Of a stretch of 60,000 nt of DNA, positions 1-13,484 are shown piece by piece. A program made the translations under genes and the position numbers. Source of the stretch: Botryllus schlosseri (lineage: Eukaryota); contig CM119372.1 in assembly GCA_051294905.1 (NCBI GenBank), forward strand, positions 23,934,001 to 23,994,000, written 5' to 3'. Position 1 is the stretch's first letter. Every line of letters starts with the position of its first letter. The notes beneath the pieces were generated by a model that ran no database searches, was not told the origin of the DNA, and saw only the letters and a program-made list of their open reading frames with translations.

Positions 1-128
1 CAGCAGCGAAATTAGTCGAATTCGAACGACAGTGCGTGTCTGCCGAAGCAATAGTTCCTTAGTATGATATTGGTGTTGGCATAACAAGTGTTGAGGATAC
101 GTTACGGTACACGCGAACACAACTGATT

Positions 129-1345
129 CAGTGTTGCCAACTCCGGATGGAAGAAAATCGCCAAAACTGGTGTCAAAAATCGCTAGATGTTGCTAAATAT
201 TGAGAAAAGAGCGCTAAAAAATAGCGCTAGATCTACATTAATTGCTAAAGGTGTTAAATTGAACCATAATATCAATACACTCTTCTCAGCTGTATTTTAC
301 TCGCCTGGGGGCCAAAGTCACTTATCATATTTCTAGTTCATAATACGTAATATTCATCTCTAGGCGGAACAAAACGTGCAGTGCGTTTCGGTAGAGCGGA
401 TCGCTTTGCGCAATGATCGCTATACGTGACCACTGACCAGGTTTGCAGGCATAACCGCTCACTCTATAAGCGTGCCTTGCTCCATGCGTCCGTGAATAGT
501 GATGCGATGTACCGCGGAAATGCGCTTGACTTCTCGAAACTGAGTTGGAGTACTTGAACACGACATGCGACTTGACACACTTGTACGCAACATGCGACTT
601 GACCCGATACAACACGACTTGAACCGGGTTTGCCAGCCACTAAAAGTAGAGGACCAACCCGGAGTAAGAAATTTAATGAATCTGGTCTTAAACGCCAGTG
701 TCACACTGATTCCGACAATACGAATTAAATTCTTGTAAAGACAATGCAACGACCTCAAAGTAGCCCCAAGAGTCTGAAAATCGACATTGATCAGAACAAT
801 CGCTGGACGAAATTGGTCATTGTTATGTCCATTGTGTTGCGGCGGTGCCATTATTGAAGCAATGCTGGTTTTCAGACTTCGAGGGCTGTTTCGGGGTGCA
901 TGGTTCCATTGTCCTGACGAGATTTTATTTTGCATCTTCGAAATCACTGCGACACTAGCTTTCGATCAAGGCCAATCATATTAAATTGCAGCGCTCAGGT
1001 CGCCAGATGTAGCACTGTCAATTATGCTACTTTACACAGCAAGAAGAGACACTGTTTGCCCATGCGTAACCGCCAGGAGTTGCGTATCTATCCGTACGTT
1101 AGTAATCCATCATTAATTTCATTACATATCATTGGAGTCCGCACTCTGGTGGCAGATGAGTCGCCATAGTCGTCGGCCAGAACCGATCTTTATTAGTTAT
1201 TTTCGGTAAAAAGCGCTAAATAATCGCTAAATACCATTTCAAAAATCGCTAGATTTATCGCTGGGCGCTAGATCCATATTTTTAGCGCTAAACCGGATGA
1301 AAAATCGCTAGATCTAGCGCGAAAATCGCTAAATTGGCAACACTG
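129..1345. mobile_element. Non-autonomous hAT-type DNA transposon (1217 bp)
   Basis: TIRs CAGTGTTGCCAA / TTGGCAACACTG. Exact 8-bp TSD AACTGATT (121-128, 1346-1353). Subterminal AAATCGCTA(G) repeats. The uninterrupted target sequence is visible at ~2369-2380. Confidence 0.9.
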
Positions 1346-2982
1346 AACTGATTGTCTATAGCGAAATCAGTCGCTCTCGAGCGGCAAGTGCGTGGTGAGC
1401 TCGTGATCGATATGTGTATGTTACAGACGGGCAAAGCATTAGTTCGCCAACAGATCGATTCAAGTGGTACAATATACATCAGGGGTGGGCAAACTTTTGA
1501 GCTCGCGGGCCGCATTCAACATTTGAATCATTTCGCGGGCCGCACTATATAGAATTGGGATTCTAAACCAAACGCGATACAAACAGAAGTCCGTCAATGA
1601 GTCGATACAAAGTCTCGCTGTACGCAAATTAATGTACAACGACACTCCCCTTACAGCAGAACTATTTTGTCTGGACGGGGGTGGTCACGATTCGTTTCCG
1701 GACCCGGCGCAGATTTCATCAGTTTTGGTTAAACCCGGACTGGATGCGGCCAAGTGTCTTTGAGAGTTGGATTTATGTTACATTTTACCAGCCTAATACA
1801 TGGAAATACCAGGACTTTACGGGCCAGTCGGATTTTTTGGACTTTGATTTTGCAATCCTATAGTCGCAGTGGATTCCGATTTCGAAATCTCCCACTCTAC
1901 TTTACACCTCACCTCAGGCTATAGATCGTATCAGGTATGATCTGTCACAATTCATTCCCATTATTGCACCACCGAGCGCGTTTCAGCCAAATAAGGTCTG
2001 TCCACCCCGATGAAGCGAGCTACCCCGATTCGTCACTGGACAATTGAATCTGACATCGTACTCGCAGTTACCGAGCGCGAAAGCGAGGCTCGAAGGTGTG
2101 GCGCAGCAATTCTCTGACGGTAACACTTCGCCGGTTCAATATATCCGTAGTATGATGCTGCAAATATGCTCGGCGGTGTTGGCATAACATGTGTTGAGGA
2201 TATGTTACGACACACACGAGCACAACTGATTGTCTACAGCGAAATTAGTCGAATTCGAACGACAGCGCGTGGCTGCCGAAGCAATAGTTCCTTAGCATGA
2301 TATTGTAAATATGCTTGGAGGTGTTGGCATAACAAGTGTTGAGGATATATTACGGTACACGCGAACACAACTGATTGTCTATAGCGAAATGAGTCGCTCT
2401 CGAACGACAAGTGCGTGGTGAGCTCGTGATCGATCGTACATACCGGTAAAGCATTAGTTCGACAACTGATCGATTCAAGTTGTACATCATGTACAGCATA
2501 CAAAAATAATATACCGAGGTAAATTGTATATCATTTACAGACACCGGCATGATTACGCTTGACCAGACGTGAAGCAGTAGAAGAACCCATCACATTGTTT
2601 GGTTGGGACTGTCTGTCCTAATACGCTAGAAAGCGGTAAAGGTGTGGAACAGCAGTTTTTGCTTGCACCAATTACTACAATATCGGAAATTAACACGTTG
2701 ATGCGAGTCAAATTGAGAATGAGCTATTTCTTTAATTACTTATTATATTCTAAATGGTACTTTATTCAAGTTAATCTATGTCGGGGGCGCCTAATACCTA
2801 TTTCTAATACACGACATTCTGGTTCTCGATATGACTCAAAATAACACACATATTTATAACCAGAGCAGATCAATTCTCCTTACTATTTAAGTCGACAACA
2901 AAGCAAGAGCAAGTACGGCAGTATGGAACAGACTACACGCGTCACTATGCACAGCCGAACGTATAGACACCTAAAACACGCA

Positions 2983-3368
2983 CCAGGATCTCACTGATCA
3001 GGAGAAAACTATACTGACGTCACGACCGGCAATTATTCCTATGACCCATCGTACACGAAATTGAATCAACCGCGGAACGACGAGTCAACCAGTTTGACGG
3101 GTTATTGCTCCCAAGCCACGAAATTGGACCACGAGACGACGGGTCAGGGCAGGCAACTATTATCAAGCCCCGTCCAGGATCTCATGGATCAGAAGAAAAC
3201 TATACTGACGTCACGACCGGCAATTATTCCTATGACCCCCCCCGTACACGAAATTGAATCAAACGCGGAGCGACAAGTCATCCAGGGGGTTTGGCGGGCA
3301 ATTATTCCCAAGACTCGTCCTAGGATTGACCGCGGACCGATAGGTCAGGACAGGTAGCTATTATCAAG
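2983..3368 (+). repeat. Tandem duplication, ~191-bp unit x2
   Basis: CCAGGATCTCA..GATCAG.AGAAAACTATACTGACGTCACGACCGGCAATTATTCCTATGACCC starts at 2983 and at 3174. Confidence 0.8.
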
Positions 3369-4316
3369 ACTCATTAAAAAAATACTAAATATACAAGTCT
3401 CGTGTCCAGAGGTCAAGCGAGGTAAAATCAGGAGTGGAAAAGTACAAGTAGAATGACCCAAGTCTCATGTCTGTGTACAAAGGTCAATCCAGATTCTTTG
3501 TTTGTTTTCTCTCTATCGTTAATTATTCCCCCTTTTTTTATTGCCGCACACAGGGTCATAAAAGTATTGCTGCAAAATTGAGAATGAGCTAATTCTTTCA
3601 TTAATTATTATATTGATAATCTTTGTTTGTTTATTATAAATCGTGTTTTGGCACGTCGTGCCCATTTACCTAACTACTCATATCGGAGGTCACTGAGTTT
3701 GGTACCACGGCCAATAAGCGAGACACGCGGAGAAGTCGTCACCACAACATGACTTGATCATGAAAATGTGCCGACCTTTGTATTAAACAAATTGGTTTGA
3801 ATTCATGATAAGATTTTTTCAACATTGGTTTCTCTGGAAAACACCGTCGGAGACCTGGGACGCTTTAGTGTAGAGTTGTACAACGAGCGGTTGCCGGTTT
3901 ATGAGGCCAAAACCCGTCCACGCTTGGACACATGAATATATGACGTTGGGCCAACATACGGCTGGGCAAAGTGCGGTGCCAAAAAGTTCGGTGGCGATAA
4001 TTGACCGTCGCTGGGTGGCCAAACCCTTCGTTATTGATATAATTGGTCGGCACCCAAATGCATTCATTTTGGTGTGTGTTGCTTGGGTCGCGAGATGCCA
4101 CTAAAAGTCAGATTTGGGTCGCGGTCTAAAAAGTTTAAGAACCACTGGTATAGGAAATGCTATCCCACCATCTGACACGGTGGTTCTCAAAATCAACCCC
4201 GAGACCCCCGGCTACGCCTCTACAATTATGTACACTGCGCTATTTGTAACTATCTCGCAGGAAGTACAAATTCCAAATATCTGAGCTATCGCGGCGGTTT
4301 CTTCGAGAATAATTAT

Positions 4317-5614
4317 TAGAGGTGGTCAAAGTAGTCAAGAAATCTACTCAAGTAGAAGTAGAAGTAGCGACGAAAAAATCTACTCAAGTACGAGTAGAAG
4401 TACTTATTCCATAAGCAACCTAAAGCTACTTGAAGTAGAAGTAGAATTGACTGACTTTAAAAGTACTCAAGTAAGTAAGTAGTTATGAAAACGATCCTAA
4501 TTCGTTCACATGGATTGTAAAAAAGTGCAAATTGAGCTATGCGATAGGTGACGAACTTGATTTATATTGATGCATACCAGCAGGTATCCAATTTTCGATA
4601 GCATAAGTATTCCTCCACATCATGGGATGAAAATGATAGTATTGATATGGAAATGCGATGCTAATCCTCTGTTTTCTCGAACAGCACGTTTTAGAAAATA
4701 GCATGGTATGGCGCCATTCCCCATATTATAAGGCCCGTAGTTTAGTCGAAGAGCAATACGGAGAAGTTGTAACGGTGTAAACACTTTGCGCGATTAGTAA
4801 ACGTTCATAAAAAATATGGTGGACCGTAAAAATGCCATATTGTGTATAGCTTTATTTCCAGAAATTAAAGGCATTTCAACACTTGCTTTTATACGTCAAC
4901 ATGTATGTTATCCAGACAAAAGAACTGATAATAATTTTAACTCAAAGTATATGATACTGGGAATTAAAAGTGAAATATAAATACTGCTTCTAAAAACAGA
5001 ACATGTATTTCATGTTTTTAGTCCAGAAAGTTTCAACGGTGGTTTACTAAAACAGCTCTAAAACTAAAAAACAACAAAATAGAGTCCACTTTTCCAGATT
5101 TGGATACGCCATGGACTGCTAGATTACGATATGACAAGTAAATGCTAGATTGCGAAACATCAGTTTCAAGCGTTATGATGAGCCATATATACTGTGACGA
5201 ATTATTTGATATGGACGAAGGGCGACAATGTGGTGCTAACGGAACCAAGCCAACCCTCTACCTAAATTATATTCACTGATACTTTCGTGAAATCATACTG
5301 GTTACTCCGTATCCAGCACTGCACGCGAAGCGCGACGAAAATTCTGGGGTTTACTAAACTTTTATCAAAATTAAATGTTGATACTTCGTGAAAACAGCCC
5401 CGAAATCCCTCAGGCTATCTTCAGTATTGGAAGATCGAACTACTTCTACTTGACAAACTGAAAATAGCGAAAAGTAAGTAAGTAGATCACAAAATATTAC
5501 GAAGTAGAAGTAGAAGTAGCGATAATCAGATCTACTTGAGTAAGAACCAGAAGTAGAGGAAAACTACTTGAGTACTTCGAAAAAGTAGAAGTACTTCGTT
5601 ACTGACCACCTCTG
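4317..5614 (+). mobile_element. Non-autonomous hAT element, AGTAGA-repeat family (1298 bp)
   Basis: TIR (T/C)AGAGGTGGTCA / TGACCACCTCTG. 8-bp TSD ATAATTAT (4309-4316, 5615-5622). AGTAGA subterminal repeats. Paralogs at 28984 and 59077. Confidence 0.9.
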
Positions 5615-8247
5615 ATAATTATAGATAAAAAGTTATCGCAAGCTGAACACATGTTAACCCGATCGAAACGGCGTACTCATTAATGATAACTGAGCGTATT
5701 TTCACGAACACGCTTTACTTAATCCAAAATTTCCTGGGTTGTTCTGGTCGTAGACAATTACAACTATTACAGATGGATAGCCAATATCAATACGCATACG
5801 TCGAGCCATCAATAACATCTTATACTATCGAATAGCCTGTTCAAAATGCAGATTGAATACATAAAAACGTTTTGCGCAAAATACAATTCGCCACGACGTT
5901 CGCGTGGATGTGCGCGCGTGAGATAAACCAGCGCCCGTGACCTAAATCAGCGCATCTCCGAGACATCAAATTCATTTGCAGATCTTTTCTCCTAACATGT
6001 GTTGGTTATGCCCATTGCCCATGTATTGGAATACTTATAATCATAAATTAGTCGCACAGAAGATTCTTCGAACTGGAAGTCAAAATATGTTACGAAATAA
6101 CATGCGCGGGTTTTAGCAATGTATTTTCTGTTGCTGTTGAAGATTACGCATATTGAATATTTTTGCTATTCATACTAATACACCAATACTGCCATGATGT
6201 TCTTCAGCGAGCTACAAGATCTCCGCTATTGATATGACAGCAAATTTATGTCCGTAAATGGCTTCACTTCTGGTGGAAATGCTTCACGTCTTTCCCGTAG
6301 TAGCGAACATCAAAGCTCCGGTCGCGATTCTGGTATTGAAAGGTATTTTCGTGTCTGCTCGAGATTTCCGTCCACAACGCGCAGGTCATTTATGAAAATT
6401 TGACGACCAGCAAAGCCAGGCATCAAATCCCGGTTCCATCTAATCAATGCACTTTCTTGATTCAAAGTATTTTATTCGTCCATGATTCACGAGAGAGGCA
6501 CGAAAATTCGGCGTAACTCTGTCAAAGCAGTTGACCTATTATCATTGCAGTGTGGGCAACGAATATAATTGCAATACCTTCAGTTGCCAATGCTATAATG
6601 GTTTCTTACGTTTTTCCATGTGTTGGTGCTAGATGTGCTGGCTTGTTATTATTTCGATTTGCTGTTGTATTACACGTGTGATGCATTATTTCATATATTG
6701 TGTCACGCGACTCGACATGTCATTGCTACATATGCCGATATGCATAGCCTACCTGATATACTAGACGTTAGTCTCACTATTGCGCTGTTCGGCTGACAGA
6801 GGCAATAAATGTCGGTGTAACTATGCCAAAACATTTGACATGTTTTCATTGCAGTGTCTGCCAGTGAAGCCATAATTGTACCCGTGACATATGTCTTTTC
6901 CGTTTGTTGGAGTTAGATGTGGTTTGTGATTATTTCGATTTGCTATTGCATTACACACGTGGTGCATTATTTCATGATATATTGCGCCATGCAATAAATT
7001 CTTTTACAAAAATATGGTTGAATGTCGATTTTCAATTTAGCGGATCGAGGTATGTAGAGTCTGCGGTCACGAACGCACCTCGAAACTGATTGCTGCGATG
7101 CGCGTGTTGTACAACAGCAATGTTAGTTTCAACACATGGCACGAACTCATACAAAGGATGGACAAGGGATTACATATACCGGCGTTGTGAAATGAAATAT
7201 TTCAACGTCCGCGATACTATGTTATCACCCAAACAATAACACGCGGTAATATATTTGCTGTTGTGATTAGCGAAGATTCGCTGTTGCAGATTACGCATAT
7301 CGATTGCTGCTTTTCATACTAATACAGCATTACCAACATGATGGTATTCAGTTCAGCGAGCTACAAGATCTCCAAAGCGCAATCGATATGACAGAAAATT
7401 TATGTCCGTAAATGGCTTCACTTCTGGTGAAAATGTTTCAGATCTGGCCCATGGTAGAGAACAAAACCTAAATATGGTTGAATGTTCAATGTCCATTGTC
7501 AAATTAGCGAATAAATAGGTATGTAGAGTCGGCGGTCGAGTTGTGCACTTCGAAACTGATTGCTGCGATGCGCATGTCGTGATAGCTGGGTTATCAGGAT
7601 GCCTATTGGTTCAATAGACAGCCCTTGTCTCAAAGCGATTGTCTACATCACCATTGTGGATGAAAGGCTTGCATAATATGACCCGGGGCCTACGATAAGT
7701 TATCGTAGGCCCCGTATGACCTAATCTTTCTTCAAATGCCCAGTAAAATAGCAGTGAAACACTGCATTTTATATTGCAGATATGACTACTTGTCAATCCA
7801 ACCAATATATATTCATTTCTACTTGTTGTACAAGAGCAAGGTGTGTTTCGATAAAGCACTATCTAGTACTTAGTAACTCGTACGAAGCGATTACATACAT
7901 CGGCGTCCGGCACTGTGAATTGAATCATTGAATGAGCGTCGTCAATACTACAATAACACACGGCGCGTGTATGTGCACTCAATGCGAGACGCCTGGCATC
8001 AATCGCGCTACAGCCAACTGTAGCCATCGGTATATCAGCGGTCGTTACAGTCGATTGTATTATCGTAAGAACCTCACTCAGGTCATTTTGGAATCCTGAT
8101 ATTGCTGTGAAATCAGTCAGGCGATGATTCTATCCCGAGCACGTCTAGGTATGACGTAGTCGCAAATTCAAGAAGCAAATTCTCTTTTATTTTCAAAAAG
8201 TTGAGAACACTTCTTGGTATAGGGGCATCACCTGTTTCTCTCTCGCT

Positions 8248-8328
8248 TTGAGAGTAGCTCAGTTGGTTAGGCGGCTGTTTCACGATTACAGCGGTATATT
8301 GGGTGTCGGTTCAAGTCTCGTGGTTCGG
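8248..8328 (+). mobile_element. tRNA-derived SINE head or degenerate tRNA pseudogene
   Basis: Pol III A box TAGCTCAGTTGG (8255-8266) and B box GGTTCAAGTC (8308-8317). No intact cloverleaf. Confidence 0.5.
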
Positions 8329-8678
8329 ATTTTATGAACATTTTTCTAAATGCATTGAAATTTGGACTCGAGGCCGGCCGTTCCATCCTGTTCCATCCTG
8401 TTCTACTCCAACAGGAACCAATAAGTGCATTACCAACGGTTATATATGATGAGGAGAAACATTTGCTGAAGACATCACAAAAGGAATGTAGTTTACAAGC
8501 TGCGTACTAGGGATAATGCGAACCTCTGAAAGGTTCAGGTTCGTGTGAACGCGAACCTTTTCGAAACGTTCTTTGCTCATATTGCTAATTCCAACCCTGC
8601 GTTTCAGTGAAGGTGAAGTGATAAATAAATGAGCACGATACCGAGCGACGACTCGTGAGATAATAATGTAGCCATATC

Positions 8679-9245
8679 CAGTGTTGGGATGACTCGAGTC
8701 ACCTTTTTCGTATGACTTGACTTGACTCGAGTCACTTTGCTAAAACGACTTGACTTGACTTGACTCGGCGTATGAGAAATGTGGATTGACTCGTGACTCG
8801 GGGCATAATTCACGAGTCAATTTCAAGTCACCAAGTAAACGGTGTCGTTAAAAATCACTGTATCTGGCATATGTTCGGATTGTTCGCGAATCGCTAGTGT
8901 AACCCGTGAGAGCGTCCAATCATTCAATGATCGTGCGTTTTACTGAGCCTCAATTGTTCTCTCACAAAAAAAATGATCGCAAAGCTTACAGCTTACGTTG
9001 TCGGTAGAAATTTAATAGCACATTGTCTATTTCTGTTCTCTGTTCTTACCTTAACCAAACCTCTTGTTTTAATAAAATTGAATTCGAATATAGTTTATGT
9101 AGTCCTCAAGCATTGGCGCAGGCTCGAATGGTATCATATCTATTTGAAAATTGGTAATGTAGCCTATTGCATCTTATCAGTTCTTTTCTCTATTCTCTAT
9201 ATTGGCTGGTAACAACGAACTGAGGATATGCAGTTACTTTTACGT
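8679..9245 (+). mobile_element. Truncated hAT MITE, GACTCGAGTC/GACTT-repeat family
   Basis: Starts with TIR CAGTGTTGGGATGACTCGAGTC and is colinear with the full copy at 16679-17606. The second end is missing. Confidence 0.8.
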
Positions 9246-9411
9246 TACCTTTAAACATTGTAGTACACCCTACGGTGTACGATATATCCGGTTGAAGAGC
9301 CCTGATAGTGTGTCACAACCTGTTTGGGAACAACTACTCTTTTGCTATTCATGCAACATCTAAATTAGCATCCGATGGTTCTATTCTATCTTCTGACTTG
9401 CATAATTATCA

Positions 9412-9845
9412 CCATCATCATCATCATCATTGGTTTATTAGCAATTTTATCAGTTCAATACACCACAAAAATGCGATACAATGAAGGATAGGAAGGTGTC
9501 GAAGCGACAAGGAGTAGTCTATGGAATCTGACACCCACCTTGGCCTTGGCGATGTAAAGAGGAGGCATGCACACTGAATGAAAAGTAAAAGAATATAGTA
9601 TAGAAAAAGCAAGTGACAAAAATGGGCTGGCATGTCATGGAAGGCGAGATCGATAGGTCAGGTCGTGGTCCGGTAATCTTGAGGATGGACTAGTATTCAT
9701 TTAGTAGTAATTGTTTGTATTTCGACATGAATGTGAACAGGCTCGTCGACTGACGGATGGCCTGCGGGATACTGTTCCACACGTCAGGTTCAGCATATTT
9801 GATAGAGCGATGATCTTTTCGGTCTATCATATGATATTTGGACGA
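9412..9845 (-). mobile_element. 5'-truncated L2/CR1-clade LINE 3' end with (GAT)n tail
   Basis: Near-identical to 34930-35860 (-) and 52424-52903 (+). Encodes the ORF2 C-terminal KYHMIDRKDHRSIKYA..VWNS segment. AATAAA followed by a (GAT)n tail. Confidence 0.8.
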
Positions 9846-10802
9846 CCAGCTATCTAGTCTAGATGCAAGTTCTGATTTTTTCAGAGTCTGAAAATATTTT
9901 TATTGGTTCCTAAACTAAAGTGCCGAAGCAATTTTCGTTTAAATATGTTACATTGAAATTTGAATAGTTGCTGATCAATGAAGCTAAAAGTGATACAGAA
10001 CAATTTATCATGGGAATTCAACATGGCATAATATTTTCGGATGAATCCATCGAATACAGCATGTATCCGTATATTTTACAGTGGATATATTCTTTACACA
10101 ATGTTAGAGTGGTTATAGACTAATATCACCATTCGATTGCTGATTGTCGCCGCGGCAAGATCAATATAAATCAATAATCGGCATATCATATTTTCATCGG
10201 AACAAGACACCCGCAATGTGCAATGCTATGTAATGAACATATAGGAGAATGCCAAAACGACCAGTTGATGTCTCTTGATCTGGCATCCACCTCTTGGCCT
10301 AGTTTTGTATGATACTCTCTATGCCGGTGCTCTTTCTTTCTCTTGTTCAAAAAAATATTTTTTTTTCAGGATCCCGGCGATGCACTGATTAAATTGTTAG
10401 GTTGTCTGAATTTCAACCAGTAGAAGCCTCCGCAGAGCCAATTTAAATTTTGGATTATACTATGAAAAATAAAAAAATTTACTGTCAGCCCGATCAAATA
10501 GTAGAGTGGTCTACAAAAATGATGCAATACAGATTTGACGGAACTTCAACCCGTAGAAGAGAAATTATTTGGATGACCCACCGTAAATGCTATTTTTGTA
10601 AATTTAAAATATAAAACTGCAATAACTTATTCGCTTCTGCCGGTTGGAAGTGAGTAGAATTTGTTATGCATCGTTCTTTCAGGCAATTTAACAAGATCAT
10701 GGAGTTCAGCCAGTGACGTGCGGTCAGGGGAGGCAAGTGAGGCACGGCCTCACCTGTCGCCTTTGCATGAGTAAATAAAATTGTGAAAACCTTCAATGAT
10801 TA

Positions 10803-12794
10803 CACTGGTCAACACATATTTTTAGGCAGACAAAGTGAGAGTGGTTTTGGCGGCTCTGAAGGGCACTGATTCCGAATATGACCTTAGTTTATTCAAATTG
10901 GCTCTTGTTGCGGAGATCTCCCATTAAAGTTTTCAAATTCAATCTGCATGCTTGTTATTTTTACACACAGAAGACTCTTTTAAATCAAAATACAGCAACA
11001 GCACTATATTTAGGGGTAATTGATTTATCATAGTAACAGACTTTCACGGATATCATGTACGTACATTAGGGCTGTTCAAAAATAACCTTTTTTCCTGAAT
11101 CTTGCGGGTTACTTGATTAAATCGTTCGGTTGCCTTAAAAAATGACGCACACCAAATTTGAATTCATTCCAACCAATATTCGCGGATTTCGTAGAGTTTG
11201 AAAATTTTGAATTTGCCTAAAAATGCAAAAAAAATTTTTTTCCAATTTTCCCTCCAACCTTATGAAATTGTTGCTCTGTCTTCAAAAACGATGCAAAACA
11301 AATTTGACTCGATTCCAAGCTGCAGAAGCCGAGTTATTCAAGTTTTTTGATGATAATTCTGGGATGATCCACCAATCAAGGATAATCCCAGAATTATCAA
11401 AGAAAAACTAAAATAACTCCACTTCTACGGCTTCGAATTGAGTCAAATTTGTTTTGCATCGTTTTTGAAGACAGCGCAACAATTTCATGGGGTTGGCAGA
11501 AAAATTCGAAAAAGAATTTTTTTTTGCATTTTTAGGCAAATCCCAAATCTTCAAACTGTACGAAATCCGCGAATATTGGTTGAAATGAATTCAAATTTGG
11601 TGTGCGTCATTTTTTAAGGCAACCTAACGATTTAATCAAGTAACCAGCAAGATTCAGGAAAAAAGGTTATTTTTGAACAGCCCTAACGTACATAAATAAA
11701 CTCCAGTCATGTATATAAGTATTTAGCTAGATACTGAAATAACGTGGAATTAAATAAATCAGTTTTACGTCAACCAACTATTGTAAATTTGAAATAATCA
11801 GTTGGAATATAATATTATTGATATATTTTAAATCACAATTGTTTTTTGTTCGATTTTCGCCTGTAAGCTATTTAGTGCAGTTTCTCGAAAAGTTCCGGCA
11901 ATGGCATAATATGTTCAATTGTTCATCTCATCTCCGCTGATATCTTTATTTTGCTGTTCTGATGTCTTGATTGAACCTCTCCCCTTGCTAATCAACAAGA
12001 TAATCAGTAGATATATCAAGATGACTGAATAGGAAGTGAACTTTTATGGTCATGTTTGTGCTCAAGTTTTCGATATGCAGATACGAATTTTCGGACCTAC
12101 TGTTTGTAGTTGAGTGCTTTGTGATCATATAAAAAGTTTGATTTACTACATCTTAGGGAAAATTACATGCAGTGAACTCCTTCCTAATGTGAAATTGGAC
12201 TCTTTCATCGGTATTCGAATATACCAGATACCAGATTTAAGCTGTTCGTTTCAGAGGGTTACTAGGTATACCTACTTTGTTGCCTCAACGGAAAATTATC
12301 CATTTACCAGTCAAAAGAAATGAGATGAGATGCATATGAGTATTGTAGACAGGCCTTTCAAGGACACATTTTATAGTTTTATACTACTCTTCAATCTTGG
12401 TAGAATGACCAATTGATACTGGAGAATATGTATTTCCGTTGTGCAGAAGTACAATTGTTAGGCTTGACACACTGCTTTTTTGACAAACAAATATTTCGCA
12501 TCATGTCATGTTAATATTGACAGAATGACTGAGAATGACATGAGGGTTCTTCATAGTCAATTAGCTATTTATGCGCAGTATAAAATTAGAAAAAACTACG
12601 TTTTTCTTCCTACCAAGCGAAATTTTTAAGGGTAAATTCGGTAATTTTGGGCTTTTTTAGGGGCATAAATATCTTCTATCGAAGAGCAAATCTGACAAAA
12701 CTAATGTGATATTCGTAATCAGCAGCCTCAAAACCCCAGAAACGGCTCTCAGATGTTCTGCCTAAAAATATTTTTTTCATTTTGTTGACCAGTG
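10803..12794. mobile_element. TIR element (CACTGGTCAACA termini) inside an older CAGTGACGTGCGG-starting element beginning at 10711
   Basis: CACTGGTCAACA at 10803 and TGTTGACCAGTG ending at 12794, with partially inverted subterminal sequence. The same composite left end recurs at ~28553-28750. Confidence 0.55.
11067..11685. mobile_element. Foldback/palindromic MITE (619 bp, ~300-bp arms)
   Basis: TAGGGCTGTTCAAAAATAACC ... GGTTATTTTTGAACAGCCCTA, with arms complementary almost to the centre (~11370-11380). Exact 8-bp TSD ACGTACAT (11059-11066, 11686-11693). Confidence 0.92.
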
Positions 12795-13484
12795 CTATTG
12801 ATATTTACCGTCGATGGCCATGAATAACTACATTTGAATATTTTTTCATCCAACATCACGAATTTTCATATTTATTGATCAAAAATACAGCGCGAAAGGA
12901 GAGGTAAGGCGCACACGGGCGGGTCGTGCCTCACCTGCGACAATGCAATTCATCATAAACAGCTTAGAATTCGTAATAGCTGGTATCCATCAAATGCTAT
13001 TGTCGCACCGATTCCGAAAATCCGAATATTAAATATCTTAGAGCACTGGAACCCCCTCAAAATCGCCAAGGAATTTGGAATTTGGCTTCATTGCATAGAA
13101 TGACAGTGCATAGAAACACTACCCAGGAGAGGCAGAATCGAATATGCCTCACTCAATATTCGTTAACAATCGGACAATCGCAGCACAGTGAAATGAGCTA
13201 TCGATTTCGGAAACCGATGGTGTTGTATGAATTGTAAAGTAGCGATGGCCAATTCAGTCGAATTTAACCAAAATTCGAAGAAAATAGGACATTTGGGAGT
13301 CCTCCGAGGTCACTTTCAAAAGAGGGGACGTATGGTAACCCTACCTAAGTAGACAGCAGCAAATTTCGTCATAGTCTCATGTTCAAGCAATCTTTTCAAT
13401 AAAAATAATTTCAAATCATATGCCTCGTCTCAGCAGCTCTATATTGCTTGAGAAAGAATCATCAGCGTCTCAGCGTCTATAAGG

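Noticed and set aside
325..1169. Overlapping short ORFs of 65-162 aa
   Set aside because: They lie inside a non-autonomous hAT element and show no recognisable protein motifs. The same applies to most other short ORFs in the track.
8248..8328. Functional tRNA gene
   Set aside because: A and B boxes are present, but acceptor and anticodon stems cannot be formed.
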